This document shows positions 36,950-46,351 of a stretch of DNA of 64,000 bases, piece by piece. Within the stretch, counting starts at the first letter, position 1. Each line of letters begins with the position of its first letter. The translations under genes and the position numbers were made by a program. The notes beneath the pieces are model-generated. The model worked only from the letters and a program-made list of their open reading frames with translations. It did not search any database and was not told the origin of the DNA. The DNA comes from a bacterium (GTDB lineage Bacteria > Desulfobacterota > DSWW01): the NCBI GenBank assembly GCA_040756235.1, contig JBFLZG010000084.1:1-64000 (forward strand). The letters run 5' to 3'.

Positions 36950-38317
36950 CTACACGAGGGCGGTCCATTCGCGTACATCTCCGAGCTCGTCGAACCGCCT
37001 GGCGAGACGGATCGCCTCCTCGACGTTCGGACGATCTCTCCGAGCAGCAAAGCGCCTCACCTTTGCAGAGACCTCCTCTTCGCTCAGGGGATCCCTCGGG
37101 TCACCCTTGGGAATCTCCACCTGGCGTACGAGTCTCTTTCCGGAGGCGAGCCGGACCTCCACGCGGGTCGAAGTTCTTTCCGGGTAGGCCCGGTTGAGCT
37201 CCTCATCGTAGCGAACGGCGACCCTCGTGCAGAGCTCGAGCAGGGACGGATCCCGCAGCCGATCCTCCCGGAGCTGCCGGGGCCCCATTTCGCCGTCCGT
37301 CAGGCAGCAGGCCACGACGTACGGGATCGAGAACTGGGCCGAGACGAAGCTGTCCTCCTTGGTGACCGTCTTGCCGACTGCGAGCGCCGCGATGCCGTAG
37401 GTGAAGACCTCGACGGCCTCCACTTCCTGGACGCGCAGCTGCTCGTCCCGGGCGAGCGCGAGGGCAGCCTGAGCGGCGCCGTGGGTGTGCCGGCAGGCGG
37501 TGTAAGGCTTGAGATAGACGTCCAGGATCGTGTGGTGCTCGCCCAGCCGCTCGGTGATCCGCTCCAGGGCGGCGTTGTCGGCAGTCGTGATCAAGGTGAA
37601 GCCGCCCTTCAGGGCGGAGCCCTCGAGCACGTGCGGGGCGCCCGTGATCCCGGCCCGGGCGAGCCCGGCCGCGCTGATGCCGCAGGCTGCGGCCTGCCCG
37701 CCCTGGACGACCTTGACCGTGAACCCGCCCATGAGCTGCTCGGCCATGCTGAGAGGAGCCAGATAGCCGGCACAGCCGAGCGCGTCGCGCATCCCGGTGC
37801 GGTCGAGGCCCAGGAGCTTGGCGGCCGCGCAGGCAGCCCCGAAAGTACCGCACGTCCCGGTCGGCAGGAAGCCGGACAGCGTGTGGCGGGGATGGACCGC
37901 GGCGGCGATCCGGTTGGCCGCCTCGTAGCCCGCCACGACGGCCTCGAGGACCTGCCGTCCGTCACTTCCCAGCTCCTCGGCCACCGCCAGGGCGGCCGGG
38001 ATCACGGCGGTCCCCGGATGATTGCCGCCGAACCGCAGCCCGTCCTGGGCTTCCACCGCTTCAGCGGTCACACCGTTGAGGAAGGCGGCATCGCGCGGTT
38101 CGGTCCTGAACCCGCAGCCCAGCACTGTGGAGATTCCAGCCATATTCGAGCGGCGAAATCCGGAGACGATGCGCCCGACCGCCTCGAGCTCGAGAGAACC
38201 ATACACGTTGGCGAGGAAATCCAGGAGGCAGAGCTTGGCTTTTCGGATCACCTGCTCCGGGAGGCGATCGAACGTCAGCTCGCTCAAGGCCGCAGCCAGT
38301 CTTCGGGTCTCGTCCAT
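36950..38317 (-). CDS. MmgE/PrpD family protein
   Basis: AAFLNG, HPG..VIPA, GYE, KPYTAC, AQFSIPY, KGDPRDPLS. Confidence 0.9.
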   Translation of the reverse strand: MDETRRLAAALSELTFDRLPEQVIRKAKLCLLDFLANVYGSLELEAVGRIVSGFRRSNMAGISTVLGCGFRTEPRDAAFLNGVTAEAVEAQDGLRFGGNHPGTAVIPAALAVAEELGSDGRQVLEAVVAGYEAANRIAAAVHPRHTLSGFLPTGTCGTFGAACAAAKLLGLDRTGMRDALGCAGYLAPLSMAEQLMGGFTVKVVQGGQAAACGISAAGLARAGITGAPHVLEGSALKGGFTLITTADNAALERITERLGEHHTILDVYLKPYTACRHTHGAAQAALALARDEQLRVQEVEAVEVFTYGIAALAVGKTVTKEDSFVSAQFSIPYVVACCLTDGEMGPRQLREDRLRDPSLLELCTRVAVRYDEELNRAYPERTSTRVEVRLASGKRLVRQVEIPKGDPRDPLSEEEVSAKVRRFAARRDRPNVEEAIRLARRFDELGDVREWTALV

Positions 38318-38332
38318 CCGCAGCCTCCTGAT

Positions 38333-39142
38333 TCACACGTAGCCGCGTTGCTCGTAGATCCGGATCACTCGGTGCGGGTCCAGGACCTCCCGGAGCACCC
38401 GGAGCTCTTCTCTCCTGGGCGGCTCGGTTGCGTGCACGTCGCCCGCGACCTCGAGCGCCCACGGGGTGAGACCGGCCACCTCCTCCACGGAGCTGCCGGG
38501 GTGGTACGAGGAGAGGACCGCCTCCTTGGTTTCCGGATCGAAGCGGAGCACCGCCTTGTTGGTGATGATGACCGATGGCCCGGTATCCGGCGGAAGCCCC
38601 CAGCGCTCCCTGGCGCCGGGGCCGTCGATGTACCCGGGAGTGGTAATGAAGTCCACCCGTTCGGCCAGGCGCCTCGAGTCGTGCAGGGTGATGATGATGA
38701 CCCGCCGGGCCATGGAGCCGATCGGATTGGCTCCGCCGCTGCCCGGCAGGCGGCTTCTCGGATTTTCGTAGTCCCCGATCACCGTCGTGTTGATGTTTCC
38801 GTACTTGTCCACCTGGCTGCCCGCGAGGAACCCGACGTCCACCCACCCGCCCTGGAGGAACATGCCCATGATGTCCACCAGGCCGCCGATCATGGCCGCG
38901 CCCGGATTCAGGCAGGGATCGCCCACCGAAAGGGCGGGTCTGCGGGGCCGCGCGTCATAGACGCCGGACTCCTGCATCATCGTGGCCCCGGGCGCGTGCG
39001 TGTGCTTGGCGATGTTCGCTGCGATGGTCGGAAACCCGGTTCCCACGATGACCAGGTCTCCGTTCCGGATCTCCCGGGCGCCGCAGCAGGCCATGAGCTC
39101 GGGCTTGTTGTAGTCGTTGGGGTGGTCGTCCATCTTGCGCAT
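38333..39142 (-). CDS. CoA-transferase subunit B (glutaconate CoA-transferase-like)
   Basis: VGTGFP, QESG (catalytic Glu), QVDKYGNINT, RLPGSGG, VDFITTPG. Confidence 0.9.
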   Translation of the reverse strand: MRKMDDHPNDYNKPELMACCGAREIRNGDLVIVGTGFPTIAANIAKHTHAPGATMMQESGVYDARPRRPALSVGDPCLNPGAAMIGGLVDIMGMFLQGGWVDVGFLAGSQVDKYGNINTTVIGDYENPRSRLPGSGGANPIGSMARRVIIITLHDSRRLAERVDFITTPGYIDGPGARERWGLPPDTGPSVIITNKAVLRFDPETKEAVLSSYHPGSSVEEVAGLTPWALEVAGDVHATEPPRREELRVLREVLDPHRVIRIYEQRGYV

Positions 39143-39210
39143 CTCCCTGTTGCCGTTGCCCAGGCCGTCACATCGCAGATGCCGGGGCAGGTTTCAAACC
39201 TGCCCACAAG

Positions 39211-40152
39211 CTAATAGGCGTAGCTGACCGGGTAGCCATAATCGAACTCGGCCGCAAGACCGCTGAAGGCCTTGTAGCCGAAGCGCTCGATGTAATGCTG
39301 CAGGTACCGGGCCCGGTCCGCCTGCCCGAAGACCCACTCGTCGAGGAAAGCCCGGAAGCCTTCGACCGTATCGGAAGCCTGCTGGTACAGAGCGCCGAAC
39401 ACGAAGTCCACGTCGTAGAAACCGGGCGTGTAGCCCGGATGGGCCCCGAAGGGCTCTTCCACGACCGCCACGACCTTGAATTCCGGCACGATGGTGCGCG
39501 AGGGGTCCTTGCCGATCACCTCCCGCGACACGATCCGCTCGCAGCTCACGATGACCTTGCGGGCGGCGTTGGCGCCGACCTTGCAGTCTCCCCCGATCCC
39601 CCAGATCTGGGCGTTCCCGGTCGCGTCTGCCTGCTGAACGTGGATGATGGCCACGTCCGGGTGCAGAGCGGGGACCAGGAGGGTCGGCGTTCCGTCGAAG
39701 GGGGATTCGATGATCTTGTATTTGCCGTCGCCCATGAAGGACTTCACTTTGAGAAGGTCCGACCCGAGCATGTCCTTCACCGGGACGAACGGCATGCCCA
39801 TGGAACCGGCCATGAGCATCATGGGCAGCGAGAGGTTCGAGTACTCTTCCAGCTCGATCTTCCGGGGGATCCCTTTCTCCAGGGAGCGCCGGAAGCAGCG
39901 GCCGAGCCCGCGGAAGCCCAGGGAGAGAAAGGTGGAGATGAAACGCTTCACGACGCCGGCGCCGATCATCAGGTCGAAATCTTCCGCCGCGTTGCTGCGC
40001 GTGATCGTCAGGTCCTTCCGGCCCTGGCGGATGATCTCGTGGATGGCCGAGAAGGGGGTCCTGCAGATGTAGCCTCCGATGAACAGGAAATCGCCGTCGT
40101 GGACGTGCTCGGCGATGGCCGCCTTCATGGTCGTGACTTTGCTTTCGTTCAA
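39211..40152 (-). CDS. CoA-transferase subunit A (glutaconate CoA-transferase-like)
   Basis: VHDGD, HEIIRQGRKDLT, AGSMGMPF, PDVAIIHVQQAD..GN, PFGAHP; TTG start after AGGAGG. Confidence 0.9.
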   Translation of the reverse strand: MNESKVTTMKAAIAEHVHDGDFLFIGGYICRTPFSAIHEIIRQGRKDLTITRSNAAEDFDLMIGAGVVKRFISTFLSLGFRGLGRCFRRSLEKGIPRKIELEEYSNLSLPMMLMAGSMGMPFVPVKDMLGSDLLKVKSFMGDGKYKIIESPFDGTPTLLVPALHPDVAIIHVQQADATGNAQIWGIGGDCKVGANAARKVIVSCERIVSREVIGKDPSRTIVPEFKVVAVVEEPFGAHPGYTPGFYDVDFVFGALYQQASDTVEGFRAFLDEWVFGQADRARYLQHYIERFGYKAFSGLAAEFDYGYPVSYAY

Positions 40153-40186
40153 CGGTTCCTCCTAGGGGCTGTTGGAAAGGCTGTCT

Positions 40187-41986
40187 CTAGAGGCTGCTGT
40201 CTCCTGTCATGGCTTTCAGCAATTCCTCGTCCAGAGTCTTGCGTCGCCAGTCGAACGGCATGGGCAGCATGGCGATCCTGTGCCCCTTGTCCGCCGCGTC
40301 AACGTCCACGTCCAGGACAAAGGGAGCGCCGCTTCGGAGGGCTTCCCTGAGGGCGGGCCTGAAGCCGTCCGGGGACGTCACTTTCCTGCCCTCGACTCCC
40401 ATGGAGCTTGCCATCTTCACGTAATCAGGGGTGTAGGGCTCCCTCGTCTTTCCACGCTGCATGTCGCAGAACGAGGAGCGTTTATAGATCATCTCCATGG
40501 CCTCTCGTTCGATACCGATGGTGCGGTTGTTGAGGATCACCCAGACCGCGGGGATGTCGTGCTCCACGGCCGTGGAGATGGCCAGCCCGGTCATCATGAA
40601 GGAGCCGTCCCCGATGAAGGCCAGGGACGGGTGATCCGGGTTTGCCAGCCGGGCCCCGAGGGCCCCGCCGCAGCTCCAGCCCATGCGCGCAAAGTGGCCA
40701 TTGTTGGTCGCCGTGTAAACGGAGGTGGCCCGATAGAAAGCGGGGGCGTTCAACAACATGTTCCCGGTATCGAACAGGACGGACGTGTCGGGGTCGACTT
40801 CCCGGACCACTTCGCAGGCATCGTGGAGGAGCCTCGCATTCGACATCCGCTCGCCTGTGCCCGCAATCAGCCCCTCGGCTTCCGCGATCCAGGCGGCGCG
40901 CCAACCGGCGATCCGGTTCCTCCATTCTTCAAACGCACCCTCTCCGAGCCCGGTCCCGGCGAGCTCTCTGACGAGAGCCTCGAGCCCCAGCCGTGCGTCC
41001 GACAGGATCGCGACTTCGGCGGGGTAGTTGCGGGACAGCTCGATCGGATCGATGTCGATGTGGATCAGCCTGGCCCGGCCCGGAATCGGATACAGGTTCC
41101 AGGCCAGGGTGTTGAAGTCCTGGAACCTCACACCGGCTGCAACCAGCACGTCGCATTCGCGGGCGGCCTGCCAGCCGTGCCGGGTACCCGAAGGGTCGAT
41201 GGTCCCCACGCTCAGGGGATGGTCCTCGGCAAGAGCTCCCTTTCCGGAAAAGGTCGTTCCGGCGGGAATCCCGTACGCCTCGGCAAGCCCTCTGAAGACC
41301 TTCGCCGCCCCGGCGTTGTGCACGCCGCTGCCGGCAAGGAGCAAGGGCCGTCTGGCCTGCTTCAGGATTTCGACGGATCTGGAAACGGCCAGCGGATCCG
41401 GGCCGGGCGGATGGATGCGTGTCCACAGATCCGGCGCGGGGATCTCCTCCAGGTCGATCGGGGTGTGCTGGACGTCGAAAGGGAGTTGCACGACCACCGG
41501 CCCGGGCCGTCCGGAAAGCGCCTCCTTGTAAGCGCGCACGACGATCTCGAGGGCCGTGTCGGGTCTCATCGCCAGTACCGCCTTCTTGCAGATCGGCTTG
41601 ACGACCTGGATGAACTCTTCCGAGCCGTACCGGTAGCATTCCTCGAAGCTCCCCCGGTCCATCCATTGCGTGGGGCCGGCCCCCGCCAGGATGAGCATGG
41701 CGGAGGATTCGTAGAAGGCGTTGGCCAGGGCGGCGCAAATGTTCATGTTGCCGGGGCCGACCGTGGTGAGGACGACGGGCAGCGGCGCCTTGCGGCGCAT
41801 GCGCCAAAAGCAGTCGGCCATGTGGACGGCCGTGTCCTCGGCGTTCGCCTTGATGCCCCGGATCCCGGATTCGTGCGCGACGGCGTCGAGGAGGGCCCAG
41901 TTCCCGTGGCCGTTGTAGCCGAACGCGACCTCGACCCCGGCCTTCTCGAGGAACTTGACGATGGCATGGGCCACGTGCGTTCTCAT
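40187..41986 (-). CDS. Thiamine diphosphate-dependent enzyme (acetolactate synthase/IolD superfamily)
   Basis: FGYNGHGN, TVGPG, GRPGPV, MGWS, GDGSFMM...NN ThDP-binding motif. Confidence 0.9.
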   Translation of the reverse strand: MRTHVAHAIVKFLEKAGVEVAFGYNGHGNWALLDAVAHESGIRGIKANAEDTAVHMADCFWRMRRKAPLPVVLTTVGPGNMNICAALANAFYESSAMLILAGAGPTQWMDRGSFEECYRYGSEEFIQVVKPICKKAVLAMRPDTALEIVVRAYKEALSGRPGPVVVQLPFDVQHTPIDLEEIPAPDLWTRIHPPGPDPLAVSRSVEILKQARRPLLLAGSGVHNAGAAKVFRGLAEAYGIPAGTTFSGKGALAEDHPLSVGTIDPSGTRHGWQAARECDVLVAAGVRFQDFNTLAWNLYPIPGRARLIHIDIDPIELSRNYPAEVAILSDARLGLEALVRELAGTGLGEGAFEEWRNRIAGWRAAWIAEAEGLIAGTGERMSNARLLHDACEVVREVDPDTSVLFDTGNMLLNAPAFYRATSVYTATNNGHFARMGWSCGGALGARLANPDHPSLAFIGDGSFMMTGLAISTAVEHDIPAVWVILNNRTIGIEREAMEMIYKRSSFCDMQRGKTREPYTPDYVKMASSMGVEGRKVTSPDGFRPALREALRSGAPFVLDVDVDAADKGHRIAMLPMPFDWRRKTLDEELLKAMTGDSSL

Positions 41987-42055
41987 CGCGACTCTCCTCA
42001 GCCCCGCATGGGTACCTTCATGGGGCGCATCTTCTTCCGAACAAGAAATCCGGAT

Positions 42056-42183
42056 GCAGGCCGTTCAAAAGGGTCCAGATGCAAGGCGCGCGAAGTTTGA
42101 GGAACGAGGCGTACTCGCTGTCGTACGCCGCAGTGACGATAAACGAGCGCAACGCAGCAGATGGGCCCTTTTCAACGGCCTGC
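42056..42183. mobile_element. MITE-like element, copy C
   Basis: GCAGGCCGTTCAAAAGGGTCCA...TGGGCCCTTTTCAACGGCCTGC terminal inverted repeats; abuts the GRE stop codon. Confidence 0.75.
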
Positions 42184-44564
42184 TACAGTTCGTACTCGGT
42201 GCGGGCTACAATCTCCTCCTGGGCCGCGCTGCTCAACCCCGTGAACAGGGCCGAGTAGCCGCTCACGCGCACGACCAGATCCCGGTGGTTCTCCGGATGG
42301 AGCTGGGCATCTCTCAAGACGTCCGCGCCCACCATGTTGAACTGGACCTGCAGGCCGCCGCGCTCGAAGTAGGTATCGATGAAGGCTTTGAGGTTCTCGG
42401 CACGAAGCCTCTTCCCGTGAAAACGCATGTTGAGGTTGGCGCCGTTCGAGACCCGCTTCAGGGGCAGCTTGGTGACCGACCGGAGCACGGCCGTGGGGCC
42501 GAGGAACGCGTTCCCGGTCATGGGCGTCAGCCCGTTCCCGAGCACTGCGCCGGAGGGTCGGCCATCCGGGGTGGCTCCCGTGAACGCGCCCATGGCGATG
42601 TGGAAGCCGACCGAGAAGACGCCGGGCCAGAAGGCGCCTCCCCTGTAGCTCCGGTAGCCGGAGAGCTCGTTGCAGAAATGATCGAGCACGCGTGCCGCGA
42701 GCCCGTCCACCTCGTCGTCGTCGTTCCCGTACTTGGCGATCTTGCGAAGCAGGTAGACCCGCTTGTCCTCCGCCTCGCGCCAGTTGTTGGCCAGCCATTC
42801 CACGAGCTGCCCCAGAGTCAGGCTCCGGTCCTCGAACACCGCCGTGCGGATCGCATGGAGGCTGTCGGCCACGTTCGCGAAGCCGATGAGCTCGACGCCG
42901 GTCGAGTTGTAGAGGGCGCCGCCCCGGGTGAGGTCGAGCCCTCTTTCGAGCGGGCCCTCGATCATGGCCGATGCAAAAGGGGAGGGGACGATCTCGGCAA
43001 TGGCCTGGTCGAGGGCGGCCATGCCCCGGACCATCTGGCGCACGAAGTGAGAGACCTGGGCCGCGTAGGCAGTCCAGACATCCTCGAAGGCGCGGAAGGT
43101 CCTCGGATCGCCGGTCCGTATGCCCGCGGGCGATCCGAGCACGGTGTCCGTACCGTTGCTCAGCGCCAGCTCCAGACACTTGATGGCATTGAGCTGCACC
43201 GCAAAGGTGGAGCCGAAGGTCCTGCCCTGGGCGTTCGGCTCCAGGCAGCCGACCACGCCGTAGTCCCGGGCGTGCTCGAGCGCGTGCCCGGCGGCGGTCA
43301 GCGAAGGGATGATCGCGTCGTCGTTGAAGAAGTGCAGCGCCACGCCATCCCGGGCGTATTGCACGGCCTTCAGGAAGAAGTCCGGGGGAGACAAGGCGCT
43401 CAGGCGGACCCCGAAGTTCGGCTGCACGGTGCGGAGGTCGGCGTAGGCGTCCAGGGCGATCCGGCTGAGCTCGCTGGTCGCGTCTTTCCCGTCCGGCCCG
43501 ACTCCCCCGACGACCACGTTCTGGGTCGTCTTGCCTTCGGCGCCCTCGCCCCCCGGGATGAAGGCTTCCTCCAGCACGTTCCAGATCTCGTTGGTCTTGA
43601 GGTACAGGAGAGAGAGAAGCTCCCTGGCCTCCTCGGGCGTCGTCCGGCCGGACCGCCGGTCGCCAAGGTAGTAAGGCAGCAGGATCCGGTCGATCCGGCC
43701 CAGGGAGATGGAGTTGCCTCCGGACTCGATCTGGGCGATGAGATGGATGAAGTAGACGCTCTGGACGGCTTCGCGGAAGGTCCGCGCCGGGTGCTCCGGC
43801 ACGCGGCTGCACACGGCCGAGATCTCCTCCAGCTCTCTCTTCCTTGCCGGGTCGCTCTCAGCCGCAGCCAGCTCCTGAGCCAGGGCCGCGTGCCGGCGGG
43901 CGAACCGGATCGCCGCGTCGAGCGAACGGATCACCGCATCGTAGAAGAAGCCCTTGTCTCCGGCCCTGTCCCTGCCGGACAATGCCGCGCGCTTCGTCCG
44001 GGTCTCGTCGATGATGCCGCGGAGCCCGAGGCGGAGCACGCGGGGATGATCCATGGTGAAGTGGCCGATACCGTAAGTGATCTCCAGCATCATGGTGAAG
44101 ACGTAGGTGTCCATGTCGCGGGACACGTCCGCCGGCAGGAGCTCCCGCAGGCGATCCTCTACGGTTCTGCCTTTCCAGAAGGGCAGGACCTGATCACGCA
44201 GCACGCGCTTCTCCTCGTCGGTGATGAGGGCCTTCTGGAGGAGGCGCCGGTCGAAGCTCTCCAGGTCTCCTTCGATCCATTGAGATTTGTTTTCCGGGAA
44301 GAGAGGCGCGCCCTTGAGCTTCGAGGTCCGGCAGCCCACGACGAGCTCGCCCTCCCGAATGATCACGCGGGCACGGTCGAGCACGTGCGCCAGGGCCATG
44401 CTCATGCGGGTCAGGGGATGACGGCACCAGTTTTCGGTCATCGATCGGGTGAGGTGCAGGGCACGCTCGACGCAGACTTCCTGAGGAGCGTCCACAATCC
44501 GCTCCCGCAGCCTTTCCACCCTTGACCTTGGCACGCTTGCGCAGGCGGCTTCCGAGGGAGGCAT
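42183..44564 (-). CDS. Glycyl radical enzyme (PFL2/dehydratase-like, substrate unknown)
   Basis: GELVVG, SISLGRID, VVGCLEP Cys loop, GATPDGR, QVQFN, LVVRVSGYS glycyl loop. Confidence 0.93.
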   Translation of the reverse strand: MPPSEAACASVPRSRVERLRERIVDAPQEVCVERALHLTRSMTENWCRHPLTRMSMALAHVLDRARVIIREGELVVGCRTSKLKGAPLFPENKSQWIEGDLESFDRRLLQKALITDEEKRVLRDQVLPFWKGRTVEDRLRELLPADVSRDMDTYVFTMMLEITYGIGHFTMDHPRVLRLGLRGIIDETRTKRAALSGRDRAGDKGFFYDAVIRSLDAAIRFARRHAALAQELAAAESDPARKRELEEISAVCSRVPEHPARTFREAVQSVYFIHLIAQIESGGNSISLGRIDRILLPYYLGDRRSGRTTPEEARELLSLLYLKTNEIWNVLEEAFIPGGEGAEGKTTQNVVVGGVGPDGKDATSELSRIALDAYADLRTVQPNFGVRLSALSPPDFFLKAVQYARDGVALHFFNDDAIIPSLTAAGHALEHARDYGVVGCLEPNAQGRTFGSTFAVQLNAIKCLELALSNGTDTVLGSPAGIRTGDPRTFRAFEDVWTAYAAQVSHFVRQMVRGMAALDQAIAEIVPSPFASAMIEGPLERGLDLTRGGALYNSTGVELIGFANVADSLHAIRTAVFEDRSLTLGQLVEWLANNWREAEDKRVYLLRKIAKYGNDDDEVDGLAARVLDHFCNELSGYRSYRGGAFWPGVFSVGFHIAMGAFTGATPDGRPSGAVLGNGLTPMTGNAFLGPTAVLRSVTKLPLKRVSNGANLNMRFHGKRLRAENLKAFIDTYFERGGLQVQFNMVGADVLRDAQLHPENHRDLVVRVSGYSALFTGLSSAAQEEIVARTEYEL

Positions 44565-44679
44565 GGGTTCCTCCGTTTCCGGTCCGGCCGCTCTCCCTGC
44601 GCGACCCGCGGGGCTCTGCAGGACGAGTCCGGTCCGGTCTTGTACGGCTTCTGTTGGCGTCGGCGTCCTCTTCAGGTCG

Positions 44680-45510
44680 CTAGACTTGGATTCCCATGTG
44701 GTTGAGCAGGATCCTATCCCTTACGGCCCGAGGCAGGGTCCGGTTGAGGAAGAGAAAGACGGTGCTCATGAAATCCACCTGGTTGTGCACTCCGGGCTTG
44801 GCGGACTCGAGGACCTTCACGATCCTCTCGGCAGCCTGGAGCGGGGTGGGGGCGGTCCGGATCAGCTCCCGATCCCTCTCGATGAAGCGCCTGGCTCGCT
44901 CCCGGTAAGGAGAGCCTTCCCGAGGCAACTTGTGACTCTTCTCGGCAAAGGCCGTGGAGACCTGCGCCGGCTCGATGACCGCCACCCGGATCCCGAACGG
45001 CTCGACTTCGTAGCGGAGGGAAAGCAGAAGACCCTCGAGGGCGAACTTCGAGGCCGAGTAAACGGATTCGAAGGGGAAGGGCACCTGCCCTACCAGAGAG
45101 GACATGGCGACGAGCTTGCCGGACCTTCGCTCACGCATGGACGGCAGGAAAGCCTGAAAGACCGCTGCCGCCCCGATCACGTTGATCTCGAGGCAGCGCA
45201 GGGCCGACTCGAGGTCGACCTCCTCGAACGGGCCGAAGAAGCCGATGCCCACGTTGGAAAAAACCGTATCGGCCCTCCCGAACCGGGCCAGGACCCTGTC
45301 CCGGAACGAGAGGACGCCTGCTCGATCCGTCACGTCCAGGACCGAGAGCAGGTGGGCGGCCCCGGCCCTCTCGAGATCTTCGGCGAGAGACTCGACCCCT
45401 GCCGCGTCCACGTCGAAGCCGGCGATCGTTGCGCCCCTGGCTGCCAGGAGCCTGGCCACTTCCCGGCCCATGCCCTGGGCGACTCCCGTGATGACCACGA
45501 TCTGGTCCAT
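44680..45510 (-). CDS. Short-chain dehydrogenase/reductase
   Basis: ITGVAQGMG, SNVG, SS...YSASK. Confidence 0.9.
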   Translation of the reverse strand: MDQIVVITGVAQGMGREVARLLAARGATIAGFDVDAAGVESLAEDLERAGAAHLLSVLDVTDRAGVLSFRDRVLARFGRADTVFSNVGIGFFGPFEEVDLESALRCLEINVIGAAAVFQAFLPSMRERRSGKLVAMSSLVGQVPFPFESVYSASKFALEGLLLSLRYEVEPFGIRVAVIEPAQVSTAFAEKSHKLPREGSPYRERARRFIERDRELIRTAPTPLQAAERIVKVLESAKPGVHNQVDFMSTVFLFLNRTLPRAVRDRILLNHMGIQV

Positions 45511-45561
45511 GATGCCTCCGCTGTGAGCCGGTGCCGCCTCGAGCCCGGCTCCCCTCTCGGG

Positions 45562-46134
45562 TCAGAGACCCTCTTCCGCAAACAGCCGCTTCAACTCGGC
45601 GGGATCGACTCCCTCTTTGTTTCTGGCGACTTCCTTCCTGGCCCGTTTCAGCCACGTCAGGAATGCCTCGTTGAAGAGGAGCCCCAGCTCGGCCAACAGC
45701 TTCACGTAGAGGCCGTGCCGCCTCCAGCGCTTCATGTTGTCTCGTCTGCGCCCGAGCAGACGCTGGTACGTTCGAATCTGCTCGTCCAGTAGAGCCAGGG
45801 CCCGCTCCTTGCGGCCGAACCCGAGGAACACGAACCGGAGGAGGAAGGGATCTCGGAAGACGAGCGTTCTCTCCGGAGAGCCTTCCAGCCAGCGGGCGAA
45901 CGCCTCCCGTCCAGCCTCCGTGATGGAATAGGGTTTCCTCTCCATGGCTCCGTTGCGGTCCACGGCCTGCTTCCGGATGAGGCCCTCGCCGTCCAGTTGC
46001 TTGAGGCAGGGATAGATCTGGCCATAGTTGATGGACCACATAAAACTGAAATGCTCTTCGAGATGGGCCTTGATCCGATACCCGTGCATGTCGCCGTAGT
46101 GCAGAAGCCCCAGGATCGCGTACTTGACCGACAT
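45562..46134 (-). CDS. PadR-family transcriptional regulator
   Basis: AILGLL, HGY, GQIYPCL, RKPYSITEAGR...WL. Confidence 0.92.
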   Translation of the reverse strand: MSVKYAILGLLHYGDMHGYRIKAHLEEHFSFMWSINYGQIYPCLKQLDGEGLIRKQAVDRNGAMERKPYSITEAGREAFARWLEGSPERTLVFRDPFLLRFVFLGFGRKERALALLDEQIRTYQRLLGRRRDNMKRWRRHGLYVKLLAELGLLFNEAFLTWLKRARKEVARNKEGVDPAELKRLFAEEGL

Positions 46135-46166
46135 GAAGGTTCCTCCGTCCCGTCACCGCTGACGAT

Positions 46167-46191
46167 ATATATAGAAAGTATATATTGTCAA
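46167..46191 (-). promoter_or_regulatory. Sigma-70 -35 box with adjacent palindromic operator upstream of padR
   Basis: TTGACA (minus strand, 46186-46191) adjacent to an ATATATA-N5-TATATAT inverted repeat in GC-rich background. Confidence 0.6.
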
Positions 46192-46351
46192 GAAAATTTT
46201 CCGGAGCTTCTCGGGACCGGGGTCCGCTCGCAGAAAACAAGCGAGGAGGCTCCGCGATGACCCCTTGACCGGTCGCTTGGCGGTGATTACCTAGAGGGCG
46301 AAACGGGTGAATTGGTCAGCCAATTAAACCATTTAACAGGAGGAAACCACC

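Noticed and set aside
42183..44564. Pyruvate formate-lyase or benzylsuccinate synthase
   Set aside because: Single-Cys GCLEP loop rather than Cys-Cys, and no small accessory subunits nearby
35599..45792. Long plus-strand ORFs (35599-37197, 36431-39214, 40172-42100, 41955-44525, 44563-45792)
   Set aside because: Antisense shadows of the GRE cluster genes
46260..46351. CIRCE element
   Set aside because: No TTAGCACTC-N9-GAGTGCTAA match
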